64,000 nucleotides of DNA from Patescibacteria group bacterium (GCA_038065555.1 JBBTQS010000001.1:741-64740); one strand, 5' to 3'. Shown: positions 28,126-36,854, counted from the first letter of the stretch. Notes: a model not told the origin generated them from the sequence alone. Made by a program: numbers and translations.

Positions 28126-29373
28126 ATGTCTGAACACGAACATCGAGCTCCTGCACTCGCTGCTGGAACTATTGTTGTGTCTGCAATTGTTGGCGCGGTT
28201 GCCGCATCGATTGTGGTGCTTGCATGGCAGCCAATGGATGCATGGCTCGATCGCAATCATCATTCGCGTACATCGCTTGCTGCTCCTGATCCCGCACAGG
28301 TCGCTGATGGGTTGCGTGCGTTGCAAGACGAAGAAGCAGCGACCATCAGTGTGGTGCGCGCAGTGAATGCATCAGTGGTGAGTATTGGTGTATACCAGGA
28401 TGAGACACGCGTCCTTTCGCGTTCCACGGGGTCAATTCCTTTTATTGATGATCTTCTGCGCAGTCGCGCAACGTCTAGTGCCACTACGTCAACGCCACGC
28501 AAGGTGCAGATCGGCGGTGGTACAGGCTTCATCATTAGTGCTGATGGGCTGATCCTCACCAACAGACATGTGGTGGATACGGAGAATGTGGAATATCGCG
28601 TGTTGCTGGCAACAGGCAAGAGCTACACTGCGCGTGTGGTGGGACGTGATGCAATCAATGACGTAGCGATCATTCAGATCGACGCGCCAGATCTCCAGCC
28701 TGCGACCATCGGGGACTCTGATTCGATTCAGATTGGTCAGACTGTGCTTGCGGTGGGCAATGCTTTTTCGGAATTTGATAACAGTGTGACGCGCGGCATT
28801 ATCTCTGGCGTGAATCGTCGTGTCGTTGCTGGAGACGCATCAGGATCCAGCGAAATTATCGAAGAAGCAATTCAGACTGATGCGGCTATTAATCCTGGCA
28901 ACTCCGGTGGACCGCTGATTAACTTGCGAGGCGAAGTGATCGGCATGAATACTGCGGTCAGTCAGCAAGGACAGTCCGTAGGATTTGCGATTCCAATTAA
29001 CGTTGCGAAGCGTTCTATGGAATCCGTGCGCAAGCACGGCCGCATCGTACGCACATGGCTAGGTGTTCGCTATCTCACCATCACACAAGAGCTCCAGGAA
29101 ATGAATAGTCTCCCTGTAGCCGAAGGCGCGCTCATCAACACAGGTACGCGCAGCAGCGACGCTGCAGTGATCCCTGGTTCGCCTGCAGCAAGAGCTGGAC
29201 TGCGCAGTGGCGATATCATCACGCGTATCAACGATGATGTGCTCACCACACGCAATTCACTCCCACGTGTCCTCTCCAAGTATTGGCCCGGTGACACCAT
29301 CTCCATCACGTTCTTGCGCGAAGGCAAGACGCTGGAGGTGAAGGTTGTTGTAGAAGAGTTCAAAGAACAATAA
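28126..29373 (+). CDS. htrA: HtrA/DegP-family serine protease with PDZ domain
   Basis: N-terminal TM helix. Trypsin-like motifs TNRHVV, DVAIIQI and GNSGGPLIN. C-terminal PDZ (ITRINDDVLTT). Confidence 0.9.
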   Translation: MSEHEHRAPALAAGTIVVSAIVGAVAASIVVLAWQPMDAWLDRNHHSRTSLAAPDPAQVADGLRALQDEEAATISVVRAVNASVVSIGVYQDETRVLSRSTGSIPFIDDLLRSRATSSATTSTPRKVQIGGGTGFIISADGLILTNRHVVDTENVEYRVLLATGKSYTARVVGRDAINDVAIIQIDAPDLQPATIGDSDSIQIGQTVLAVGNAFSEFDNSVTRGIISGVNRRVVAGDASGSSEIIEEAIQTDAAINPGNSGGPLINLRGEVIGMNTAVSQQGQSVGFAIPINVAKRSMESVRKHGRIVRTWLGVRYLTITQELQEMNSLPVAEGALINTGTRSSDAAVIPGSPAARAGLRSGDIITRINDDVLTTRNSLPRVLSKYWPGDTISITFLREGKTLEVKVVVEEFKEQ

Positions 29374-29375
29374 GT

Positions 29376-30497
29376 ATGTTCCAAAGGCAAAATCGATTTG
29401 AACAGCAGCGTCGTGCAGAGATCCCAATGGGACCACGTCCTGTAGAACGCAGGGCTACACCTGAAGTCGCAAAACCCACCTTTCCAGAAAAATGTGAATT
29501 GTTGATTTCTCGTTACGAGAAGCAACGGCCAACTATTGAGGAGATCGCACATCATGCGCCAAGAGGGCTCTACACCCCTGCGGAAATTGAACAGCACCTC
29601 GCATATACGCAAAGATTGGAGAGTAAATTTCGTGGAGTGCCACAGACACCAGAGGATGTATCTATTTTGAAGCGATCACAGTTTGCTGAAGCATTTTTGG
29701 CAACGCGTATTGAGGATGAAGGTTGGTTTGGGGAAGAGTGTGTGGTTTTTGTAACTACGAGACATGATGATGTGGGTAACGGTGTTGATTTTGTTCTGGA
29801 GTGGCAGTCGGGAGATGAGGAGGATGTACAGCACTACCAGTTGGCGGTGGATGTTACCACCGCGACTTCCAGATCTATACTCGACGGGAAATCTAGCGCC
29901 ATAGCAGATTCTATTCGCGGCAAAGCAGGTGGACCTCGAGGGCCTAAGTATCTCTCAGAGGTCGCATATTATCGTTCACCACACACGGATGAGGTGCAAC
30001 GTCTCACCTTCTTACCCAAAGTGACAGTAGCATTATCACCAGACCAAGTGGATCGTGCGATTCACTTGGTTGGTGCGAAGCAGTCTATGTCACAGGCAGA
30101 GCAAAAGGAAATGGTGTTGCCCTTGATTGCTGAGACGCTAGCGCAATTACAAGAACAAGTAGTGATGGCAATACGAGAGGTCTGTAATAAGTACACAGCG
30201 TTTTTGCCTCTCGTTGGAGAAAAAGTAGCTACACCATTCTTACAAGAGTTAGCTGTGATAGGAGAGCAATTGCGTCACGCGGCAGCGACAGGAAAGGCTG
30301 AGGATCTTTTCGCAGTGTATGATGCATTTACGGAATTGACAGATGGTCCGTTGCGCGAGATACCAGTTCCAGAGGCGTACAAGGATTCTATTTTTGTGGT
30401 TCATGCACTTGTGCCTGTAACTGCTCGCGTGCATCAGGCATTCTTGGAACAGAAAAAGCGCTTCGCTCAACCAAGGTCGTTAACCAAGGGTAAGTAA
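29376..30497 (+). CDS. Hypothetical protein (373 aa), co-directional with htrA
   Basis: Long ORF starting 3 nt after the htrA stop. No recognisable motif; acidic and predicted soluble. Confidence 0.65.
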   Translation: MFQRQNRFEQQRRAEIPMGPRPVERRATPEVAKPTFPEKCELLISRYEKQRPTIEEIAHHAPRGLYTPAEIEQHLAYTQRLESKFRGVPQTPEDVSILKRSQFAEAFLATRIEDEGWFGEECVVFVTTRHDDVGNGVDFVLEWQSGDEEDVQHYQLAVDVTTATSRSILDGKSSAIADSIRGKAGGPRGPKYLSEVAYYRSPHTDEVQRLTFLPKVTVALSPDQVDRAIHLVGAKQSMSQAEQKEMVLPLIAETLAQLQEQVVMAIREVCNKYTAFLPLVGEKVATPFLQELAVIGEQLRHAAATGKAEDLFAVYDAFTELTDGPLREIPVPEAYKDSIFVVHALVPVTARVHQAFLEQKKRFAQPRSLTKGK

Positions 30498-30518
30498 AGC
30501 GCTTTTGTCTCGGTGTTG

Positions 30519-30532
30519 CTCACCTAGGTGAG
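30519..30532. promoter_or_regulatory. Perfect 14-bp palindrome CTCACCTAGGTGAG
   Basis: Seen directly. Lies in the 200-nt gap between the hypothetical gene and pyk. No T-tract follows, so it is more likely a dimeric-protein site than a terminator. Confidence 0.2.
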
Positions 30533-30699
30533 TCCGAGAGCCTTGAGGTTGAGATCTCGCAGGCGTGAGCTGATGCTGCGCCGCCGGCTCGAACGGGGAA
30601 ATCGCGAAGTACGACGTGAACGATGCATGAGAACCTCCTCAGATCGTTGGGAGCACACCATAGCACATATTCAGCGTCTTGTCAATCACCTCATTTTCT

Positions 30700-32082
30700 A
30701 TGAAACGCACCAAAATTGTTTGCACGATCGGCCCCTCTAGTAGCACCACTGCCACGCTTGTGAAGATGATAAAGGCGGGGATGAATGTGTGCCGCCTTAA
30801 TTTCTCGCACGGGACGTATGCGCAGCATCTCAAGCTCATGCGTGCGGTGCGCGCAGCAGCAAAGAAAACAGGCGAACCTGTGGCGCTCCTGCAGGACCTG
30901 TCAGGCCCCAAGATTCGTGTGGGCGAGCTCGGTGACGGCGTGACACTCACGCGTGGTGCAACTGCCGTGTTCTCGTGTGACACCAAGCCACGCAAGAACA
31001 CTATCCCTGTACAACTCCTCTCACTGTACAAAGACGTGAAGAAGGGTGATCGCATGTTGCTCGATGACGGACTGCTCGAAGTAGAAGTCACGCATGTCAA
31101 AGGCAAAGAGATCACAGCTATCGTACGAGTGGGCGGACTTCTCAAGAGTCACAAAGGGCTCAATGTTCCTAGTGCGCGTCTCTCGATCGACACCATTACA
31201 CCAAAGGACAAGAAGGATTTGCAATTTGGTCTCAAGAACGGTGTAGATATTGTTTCACTTTCCTTTGTGCGCAGTGCAGCAGATGTGCATCAGTTGCGAG
31301 CGCTGGTGAAACGCGGTCTTCCCAAGGGCGCACGCATGCCGCTGCTTGTTGCGAAGATCGAAATGCACGAAGCAGTCGAAGATCTCGATGCGATTATCGA
31401 GTCTGTGGATGCAGTAATGGTTGCGCGAGGAGATCTCGCACTCGAGATCGACAGCGCTCAAGTACCAATCATCCAGAAGACGATCATCAAGAAAGCAATC
31501 GAACAAAACCGTGCAGTTATCGTCGCAACAGAGATGCTCGGCAGCATGGTAACCAATCCTCGTCCCACACGCGCAGAGATCAGCGACGTAGCCAACGCTG
31601 TGATTGATCACACAGACGCCACAATGCTCTCTGGTGAGTCTGCAAGCGGCAAGTACCCCGTAGAAGCCGTCTCGATCATGGGACGCATTATTGCAGCAAC
31701 AGAGGACTCCGTATTTGATGACTACGTATTTGATGCAACACACCCACTGCCACATCACGAAGAGTTGGGCGCAGTGTCGTCGCTCCTGGCGCGCGTCACC
31801 ACCATCAGTGCCATCATGGTAGACAAGAGCGCTGCGCATCTTGCACCGATGATCCGCAGATTCCGCCCCGAACTTCCTATTATTGTGTCTGTCACCGATG
31901 CGGCACAGGCTCGACAGCTCAATCTCTATTGGGGTGTAGTACCGCGCGTGTTCCCAGGCAAGAATGAGTCACAGGCTATGCAACGATTTCTGCGCACACA
32001 CAAATTGGTCAAGAAAGGTGCGTCAGTTATTCTCTTCTCTCTCGTGCAAGGCGCACCAGAAGTGCGTGAAATCAAGCTCTAA
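30700..32082 (+). CDS. pyk: Pyruvate kinase
   Basis: MKRTKIVCTIGPSS start and NFSHG motif, with other conserved PK regions. The track ORF starts at TTG 30679. Confidence 0.9.
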   Translation: MKRTKIVCTIGPSSSTTATLVKMIKAGMNVCRLNFSHGTYAQHLKLMRAVRAAAKKTGEPVALLQDLSGPKIRVGELGDGVTLTRGATAVFSCDTKPRKNTIPVQLLSLYKDVKKGDRMLLDDGLLEVEVTHVKGKEITAIVRVGGLLKSHKGLNVPSARLSIDTITPKDKKDLQFGLKNGVDIVSLSFVRSAADVHQLRALVKRGLPKGARMPLLVAKIEMHEAVEDLDAIIESVDAVMVARGDLALEIDSAQVPIIQKTIIKKAIEQNRAVIVATEMLGSMVTNPRPTRAEISDVANAVIDHTDATMLSGESASGKYPVEAVSIMGRIIAATEDSVFDDYVFDATHPLPHHEELGAVSSLLARVTTISAIMVDKSAAHLAPMIRRFRPELPIIVSVTDAAQARQLNLYWGVVPRVFPGKNESQAMQRFLRTHKLVKKGASVILFSLVQGAPEVREIKL

Positions 32083-32134
32083 ATTGGTTATCCACAGTGC
32101 GTGAACTAGTCTTTCGGTTTTGTTTCGGGTATAC

Positions 32135-32156
32135 TACGGATATAATCAAATCCGTA
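32135..32156 (+). promoter_or_regulatory. Candidate LexA operator/promoter: inverted repeat TACGGA-N10-TCCGTA enclosing a perfect TATAAT
   Basis: tACGGAtataatcaaaTCCGTatg. The 3' arm abuts the lexA ATG. A TATAAT hexamer sits at 32141-32146. Confidence 0.35.
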
Positions 32157-32764
32157 TGCTTACCCCAAAGCAAAAAGCCATACTCGAGTACATCGTGAAC
32201 GCGAGTTTGCAGACTGGTTACGCGCCATCGCTGCCGGAGATTGCGAAGGAATTCGGACTCAAGTCTGTCGCAACGGTCCATGAGCATCTGACGACACTTG
32301 AGGCCAAGGGGTATATTCGTCGCAACCCGAATCAGCCGCGCGGTATTGAGCTCACGCGCCAATCTGCACGCACTGGCCGGACTATTTTGTTGCCGCTCTC
32401 GGGGTTCATTACGGCAGGACAACCTATTGAGGCACTCGAGACGCATGAGACATTCGCTGTCCCTGCGCAATTTGTTGTCGACAGCTTCAACTCATATGTA
32501 TTGCGCGTGCGTGGAGAGTCTATGATCGAGGAAGGGATCTTCGATGGAGATTATGTTGTAGTAGAGCGTAATCCATCGCCGAGTAATGGGGATGTTGTTG
32601 TTGCACTGCTCGACAATGCGTACGCAACACTCAAGAAGTTCTATCGCGAGAAGACGCGCATCAGATTGCAGCCAGCCAATCGCACAATGAAGCCGATTTA
32701 TGCGCGGCATGTGAACATTCAGGGGATTGTTCGCGCAGTAATTCGACGATTCGGCACTGCATGA
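32156..32764 (+). CDS. lexA: LexA repressor
   Basis: N-terminal winged-HTH (LTPKQKAILEYI..). S24 peptidase core with the Ser/Lys dyad (VRGESM..ATLKKF). Confidence 0.9.
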   Translation: MLTPKQKAILEYIVNASLQTGYAPSLPEIAKEFGLKSVATVHEHLTTLEAKGYIRRNPNQPRGIELTRQSARTGRTILLPLSGFITAGQPIEALETHETFAVPAQFVVDSFNSYVLRVRGESMIEEGIFDGDYVVVERNPSPSNGDVVVALLDNAYATLKKFYREKTRIRLQPANRTMKPIYARHVNIQGIVRAVIRRFGTA

Positions 32765-32900
32765 AATTCTTTTGAACGAAAAATACCGTGCGATACATGG
32801 CCGCCCCGGTATTTTTCTGTCCCAAGTGAATTGTGACATTCGAAAGTATATAAGAGAGCGCGCGGTCCATCAAGAAAAATTTGTGGATAACTCACATCGT

Positions 32901-34097
32901 ATGATCATGCACATCGACATGAATTCTTTTTTTGCGTCTGTTGAACAACAATTGGATCCGTCGTTGCGCGGCAAACCAGTGGTTGTACTTGCGTATGTTG
33001 CACCACGTGGTTGCGTACTCGCATCTTCAATCGAAGCAAAGCGTCTCTATGGTATCAAGACAGGCATGACCTATGCCGAAGCACTCGAGCGCTGTCCGCA
33101 CGTCATCGCGCGTGCAAGTAATGCTGCGAAGTATCGTGAGTACTCCCAGAAGTTCATTGCGCTTTGTCGCACGTACTCGCCAGCGATTGAACAGTACAGT
33201 ATTGATGAGGCGTTCCTCGATATTGATTGGGCTGCACGAAATCTCCAGGACGCAGTTGGACTTGCGAAGGAGTTCAAGCAACGATTGCATGACGAGGTGG
33301 GTGAGTGGATTCGTTGCAGTATTGGTATTGCGCCCACGCGATTCCTCAGCAAGCTCGCAGGAGACTCCATGAAGCCTGATGGACTCACCGTACTCACGAA
33401 GGATGATTTGCCTGCGTGGTATGTAGGACGGGAAGTGCAAAGTGCATGGGGGATCGGTGGAGCGAGCGCGCGCAAGTTGCGCGAATCGGGGATCAACACA
33501 CTGGATCAGTTGTATGCCGCAGATCCAGTGCAACTCGTGCGCCTCTTTGGACGCACCGGATATGGATGGTGGGCGAAGTTGCGCGGTGTGGAGTTCGAAG
33601 AGCTCGACACAGATCGCGTCGCAGATCAGAAATCTATCAGCGCGCAATACTCATTACCATTTCGCACCCGTGACGCGCGCGCACTGCGTCCTGTGCTCAT
33701 GAAGATGTGCGAGCGCGTAGGACGACGGTTGCGTCAGCAGAACAAGATTGCAGGACGAGTCTTCGTCTTTTGGCGCAACTGGGATGGGAGCGGGGATGCG
33801 GCACATGCAGATAGTGTTCCGGCGGTAGAGGATTCATTCGCGCTTTTTACTCTGGCCTCCAGGATGCTCGGCGCTACCAGGCCGTTGTCTCCATTTCGTC
33901 TCATTGGTATTGGGGTTTCACGTCTTGCACCACGGGGGACACAAGAGAGCTTGTTCGAGCCAGTGCGGGTGGAGTCTATTATTCCTGCGTTAGATAGGCT
34001 CAATGACCGTTATGGGGAGTACACCGTGTACCGCGGAGCCATGGCTGGCGTGCGGGAATTGGTCCCGGAGACTGCCGGATTTCGCAAAACCGCCTAA
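32901..34097 (+). CDS. dinB: DNA polymerase IV (Y-family)
   Basis: MIMHIDMNSFFASVEQ, YSIDEAFLDI and IGIAPTRFLSKLA. Sits downstream of lexA. Confidence 0.9.
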   Translation: MIMHIDMNSFFASVEQQLDPSLRGKPVVVLAYVAPRGCVLASSIEAKRLYGIKTGMTYAEALERCPHVIARASNAAKYREYSQKFIALCRTYSPAIEQYSIDEAFLDIDWAARNLQDAVGLAKEFKQRLHDEVGEWIRCSIGIAPTRFLSKLAGDSMKPDGLTVLTKDDLPAWYVGREVQSAWGIGGASARKLRESGINTLDQLYAADPVQLVRLFGRTGYGWWAKLRGVEFEELDTDRVADQKSISAQYSLPFRTRDARALRPVLMKMCERVGRRLRQQNKIAGRVFVFWRNWDGSGDAAHADSVPAVEDSFALFTLASRMLGATRPLSPFRLIGIGVSRLAPRGTQESLFEPVRVESIIPALDRLNDRYGEYTVYRGAMAGVRELVPETAGFRKTA

Positions 34098-34128
34098 AAA
34101 AGCCTTATTTTGTGCCTTCTCACAGCTC

Positions 34129-34157
34129 TTGACAGGATTTGAGATATCTGATATGGT
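34129..34157 (+). promoter_or_regulatory. Sigma70-like promoter candidate (TTGACA-N17-TATGGT)
   Basis: Seen directly. Lies upstream of the GC-rich lipoprotein gene and leaves a 5' UTR of about 250 nt. Confidence 0.3.
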
Positions 34158-34405
34158 GCTCACTCGACGTCACGACATTGTCGCGACGCCGTGTTGAACA
34201 TTGCAAATTCTGCTCAACATCATTTGATAGGCACGCGACACATGTGTTCCACCACATGCATATGTGGCGCGCGCCTATCGATTTGGGGATTTCCTCATCG
34301 AACCGGCAATGGCGCGCGTCTGGTCCCGCAGTGGGGCCAGTGCACGACTGGAATGTGGATTACCGCGAACGCAATGAGGTGTTCGCGCTTGAGGAGAGTA
34401 TCCCG

Positions 34406-35353
34406 ATGAAGAGCAAGATGATGAAGAACGGCGCCATGTTGGCGTTCCTGTGCCTGTTCGCCGTCGCCTGCGGCAGCGATCCCTCGGCCACCGGCGCGAT
34501 CGGCTCCCCGCCGACCGCGACCAACGACGAGTGCCCCTCCGGGGAGTGCAACAGCGGCACCAACCTGGCCACCAACGAGATCGCGCTGCAAGGCGTCGAT
34601 TGCGCGGGTGAGACGCCGGAAGAGGCCGACGCGATGTGCGCCGAGGCTCTGGACGCGGCCATGCTGAGTGGTCAAGTCCAAGGCATCTGCGTGGACGAAG
34701 GTTCAGCGCGCTGCGGCGAGGGGTCCTGTTGGATCACCGTCGAGCTCGGCTGCTTCGTCGAAGAGTGCAAGGTGCCCGAGGAGTGCGACGACGGCAACCC
34801 CTGCACGGCGGACTTCTGTCTGTCGAGCAACACGTGCTACAACCCGGCGGCGGTCAATGACGGCATGTCATGCGACGACGGCGACGCGTGTACGGAAGGC
34901 GACGCGTGTGAGGCTGGCTCCTGTTCGTGGAGCACGCCGAAGAACTGTGCGGACGGCAACGTCTGCGACGGTATGGAGACCTGTTCGTCGCCCAGCGGAG
35001 CGTGCATCGAAGGCACTCCGCCGGTCGTCGACGACGGCAACACCTGCACGACGGACTCGTGCGATCCGGTGACGGGCGTCACGAACACGCCGCTCGCGGA
35101 CGGGACCGGCTGCATGACCGACGAGCACGGCTGCACGACGCAGCAGTGCTGGGACGGTGCGTGCAAGGTGACGTCCAAGGACGACGCCGCCTGCGCCGAC
35201 GACAACACCTGCACGCTCGACTACTGCCACTCGGTCGACGGGTGCAAGTGGACGAGCCTCGCCGGTTCGGTCTGCGGGGAGAACATGACGTGCATGGAGG
35301 CGGCCGAAGAGGGAGCCGCTCCCATTTGCACCGAAGACCTCCCCCCGGCCTGA
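34406..35353 (+). CDS. Cys-rich lipoprotein, compositionally foreign (about 68% GC)
   Basis: GAGGAG Shine-Dalgarno 8 nt upstream. Lipoprotein signal MKSKMMKNGAMLAFLCLFAVAC|GSD. Repeats of the form CDDGNPCT.D.C, CDDGDACTEGDAC, DDGNTCTTDSCD and ADDNTCTLDYC. GC3-biased codons, unlike flanking genes. Confidence 0.8.
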   Translation: MKSKMMKNGAMLAFLCLFAVACGSDPSATGAIGSPPTATNDECPSGECNSGTNLATNEIALQGVDCAGETPEEADAMCAEALDAAMLSGQVQGICVDEGSARCGEGSCWITVELGCFVEECKVPEECDDGNPCTADFCLSSNTCYNPAAVNDGMSCDDGDACTEGDACEAGSCSWSTPKNCADGNVCDGMETCSSPSGACIEGTPPVVDDGNTCTTDSCDPVTGVTNTPLADGTGCMTDEHGCTTQQCWDGACKVTSKDDAACADDNTCTLDYCHSVDGCKWTSLAGSVCGENMTCMEAAEEGAAPICTEDLPPA

Positions 35354-35424
35354 AGCCCTGCAACGAGTGAGTGATCCGGCGTGACAACGCCGGGCACTCA
35401 CCCGAAGTAGCGGTGGTCGATTAA

Positions 35425-35483
35425 CCCCCGAAGTGTATATCGTGTCAAAACTGACACGAAGACACTTTGGGGGTTCTTTTTTT
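35425..35483 (+). terminator. Rho-independent terminator (long hairpin + T7)
   Basis: CCCCCGAAGTGT..(inner CGTGTCA/TGACACG)..ACACTTTGGGGG followed by TTCTTTTTTT. Confidence 0.65.
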
Positions 35484-35657
35484 ATCCACATTTTGCAACT
35501 ATAAATAAAAGGTTTTTGCTCTGGACAGGGAAGGGGCTTTGCGTTATAGTAGGCCTCGTTAGCGATGTGTGACGCAGTGGGACCTGTCTGGCTTCGCCAG
35601 ACCGATCCTTCTCGCTCAGGAATGCTTGGCCTTCGGCCTGCATTCTACTCGCTCGTC

Positions 35658-35731
35658 GGACCGGTAGTTCAGCTGGTTAGAATGCCGCCCTGTCACGGCG
35701 GAGGTCGCGGGTTCGAGTCCCGTCCGGTCCG
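35658..35731 (+). tRNA. tRNA-Asp (anticodon GTC)
   Basis: Manual cloverleaf: acceptor GGACCGG/CCGGTCC; D-arm GTTC-AGCTGGTTA-GAAT; anticodon stem CCGCC/GGCGG with loop CTGTCAC; T-arm GCGGG-TTCGAGT-CCCGT; discriminator G. No encoded CCA. Confidence 0.9.
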
Positions 35732-35738
35732 CACATGT

Positions 35739-35762
35739 GTCCACCCGAGAGGGTGGACTTTT
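35739..35762 (+). terminator. Rho-independent terminator after tRNA-Asp
   Basis: GTCCACCC-gaga-GGGTGGAC followed by TTTT. Confidence 0.6.
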
Positions 35763-35766
35763 GCTT

Positions 35767-36261
35767 TGTTGATTGCTCGGACGAGACTACGATCGAAGGC
35801 AACGTGGAAATGGATGAGGCTTTTATTGGCGGACGTTCAGATAGAGCACACAAGGTTACATCCAAAACCATTGTAATTGCCGCTCTAGAACGTGAGGGGG
35901 ATTTGCGAGCGCAGACGAGCCAGATACCACTGCTTCATCTATCGGTTAATTTTTGCGGGACGATATAGAAAAGGAAGAAACTCGTTTGTTCACGGACAAG
36001 AGTAATAGTTATGGACGCACAGGTAAGGAGTACGATCGCTTCTCCGTCAATCACTCACGAGGCGAGTACGTTCGTGGTGATGTGTATGTAAACAATGTGG
36101 AGAGCTTTTGGTCTCATTTCAAGCGTAGCCTTACAGGAACGCACAAGACTATTTCGAAGAAGTATTTGCAGACGTATTTGGACGGGTTTGTTTTCCATTA
36201 TAACAACCGACACAGCGACAGACTGCGCTTTGAGACTTTGCTCGGTGCTTTGGTGAGATAA
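35767..36261 (+). pseudogene. Transposase pseudogene (IS1595 family), frameshift near 35953-35968
   Basis: Same evidence as the mobile-element entry. The two ORF pieces 35735..35968 and 35953..36261 are in different frames. Confidence 0.7.
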
Positions 36262-36296
36262 CGCGACGGAGGGTGGAAAGAAATGAGGTTTTAGTA

Positions 36297-36328
36297 TTGT
36301 TGTTGGCCATATAGAGGCATGGTATAGT
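36297..36328 (+). promoter_or_regulatory. Promoter candidate with extended -10 (TTGTTG..TGgTATAGT) for the small-gene operon
   Basis: Seen directly. An AAGGA Shine-Dalgarno follows, 7 nt before ATG 36352. Confidence 0.4.
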
Positions 36329-36351
36329 AACGATGAAGTAAGGACAATTTT

Positions 36352-36579
36352 ATGGCCATAGAACTAACGTTTCCTAAAGATGATGAGATGGACGCCCACA
36401 TTGACAATGGGCATCTTGTTGCATTAAGAAAAATAGCGACTGATTACAACCTCAAAAGTGAAAAAGAAGCACTGAGTTTCTTGCTTGCTATTATATCACA
36501 AGCAAATGGCTTACCTATCGAAATAAATGGTAGCAAATATTTGCCTTCTGATTCGCTTAAAAAGGAACAGCCAAAATAG
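36352..36579 (+). CDS. Hypothetical small protein (75 aa), AT-rich island gene 1
   Basis: Good SD/ATG context. Acidic and soluble. Its stop is 1 nt before the next ATG. Confidence 0.5.
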   Translation: MAIELTFPKDDEMDAHIDNGHLVALRKIATDYNLKSEKEALSFLLAIISQANGLPIEINGSKYLPSDSLKKEQPK

Positions 36580-36580
36580 T

Positions 36581-36829
36581 ATGGCGAAAGGAGATTTTGA
36601 TGCGCCCGGTGAGCTAAAAAGAATCGAGGACGCAAATGAAGGTGTTAATTTTGATAAGAAGGTTGGAGAATCGGTACGGAGATCTACAGACGTACAAACG
36701 CAAATTAAGGCCGTTGTTTGGTGTTTGCTAAAAGAAAAGATAATCTGGATTGTTCTTGGTGCATCAGCTTTTGCTGTGCTAGAAATTTTGAAAGAATTGG
36801 GTACAGCTTTAATAAAAAAAATACCGTAA
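36581..36829 (+). CDS. Hypothetical small tail-anchored membrane protein (82 aa), AT-rich island gene 2
   Basis: Translationally coupled to gene 1. C-terminal TM helix IIWIVLGASAFAVLEIL. Confidence 0.5.
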   Translation: MAKGDFDAPGELKRIEDANEGVNFDKKVGESVRRSTDVQTQIKAVVWCLLKEKIIWIVLGASAFAVLEILKELGTALIKKIP

Positions 36830-36854
36830 AATTTTTATTCTCAATTGTGTCCCT

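Larger units (their letters stand above)
35735..36261 (+). mobile_element. IS1595-family (ISXO2-like) transposase remnant, N-terminally truncated and frameshifted
   Basis: Two overlapping frames encode VEMDEAFIGGR... and ...NHSRGEYVRGDVYVNNVESFWSHFKRSLTGTHKTISKKYLQTYLDGFVFHYNNRH. These match the conserved DDE_Tnp_IS1595 C-terminal region. The Zn-ribbon N-terminus is absent and no inverted repeats were recognised. Confidence 0.75.

Noticed and set aside
32765-32900. Searched the dinB upstream gap for an SOS box (GAACGAAAAATAC, TTCGAA)
   Set aside because: Neither a CGAAC-N4-GTTCG-type box nor a second TACGGA..TCCGTA palindrome is present. Only half-site fragments occur.
34636-35491. Multiple long ORFs in all frames (e.g. 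34868..35491 minus, 207 aa; 34668..35072 plus, 134 aa, Arg/Ala-rich)
   Set aside because: These are a consequence of about 68% GC: stop codons are rare in every frame. Only the frame with SD, lipobox and Cys repeats (34406..35353) is credible.
35354-35657. Possible att site or second tRNA upstream of tRNA-Asp
   Set aside because: Only short hairpins (CTGGCttcGCCAG, GGCCttcGGCC) were found. No cloverleaf can be drawn and there is no repeat of the tRNA 3' end within the window.
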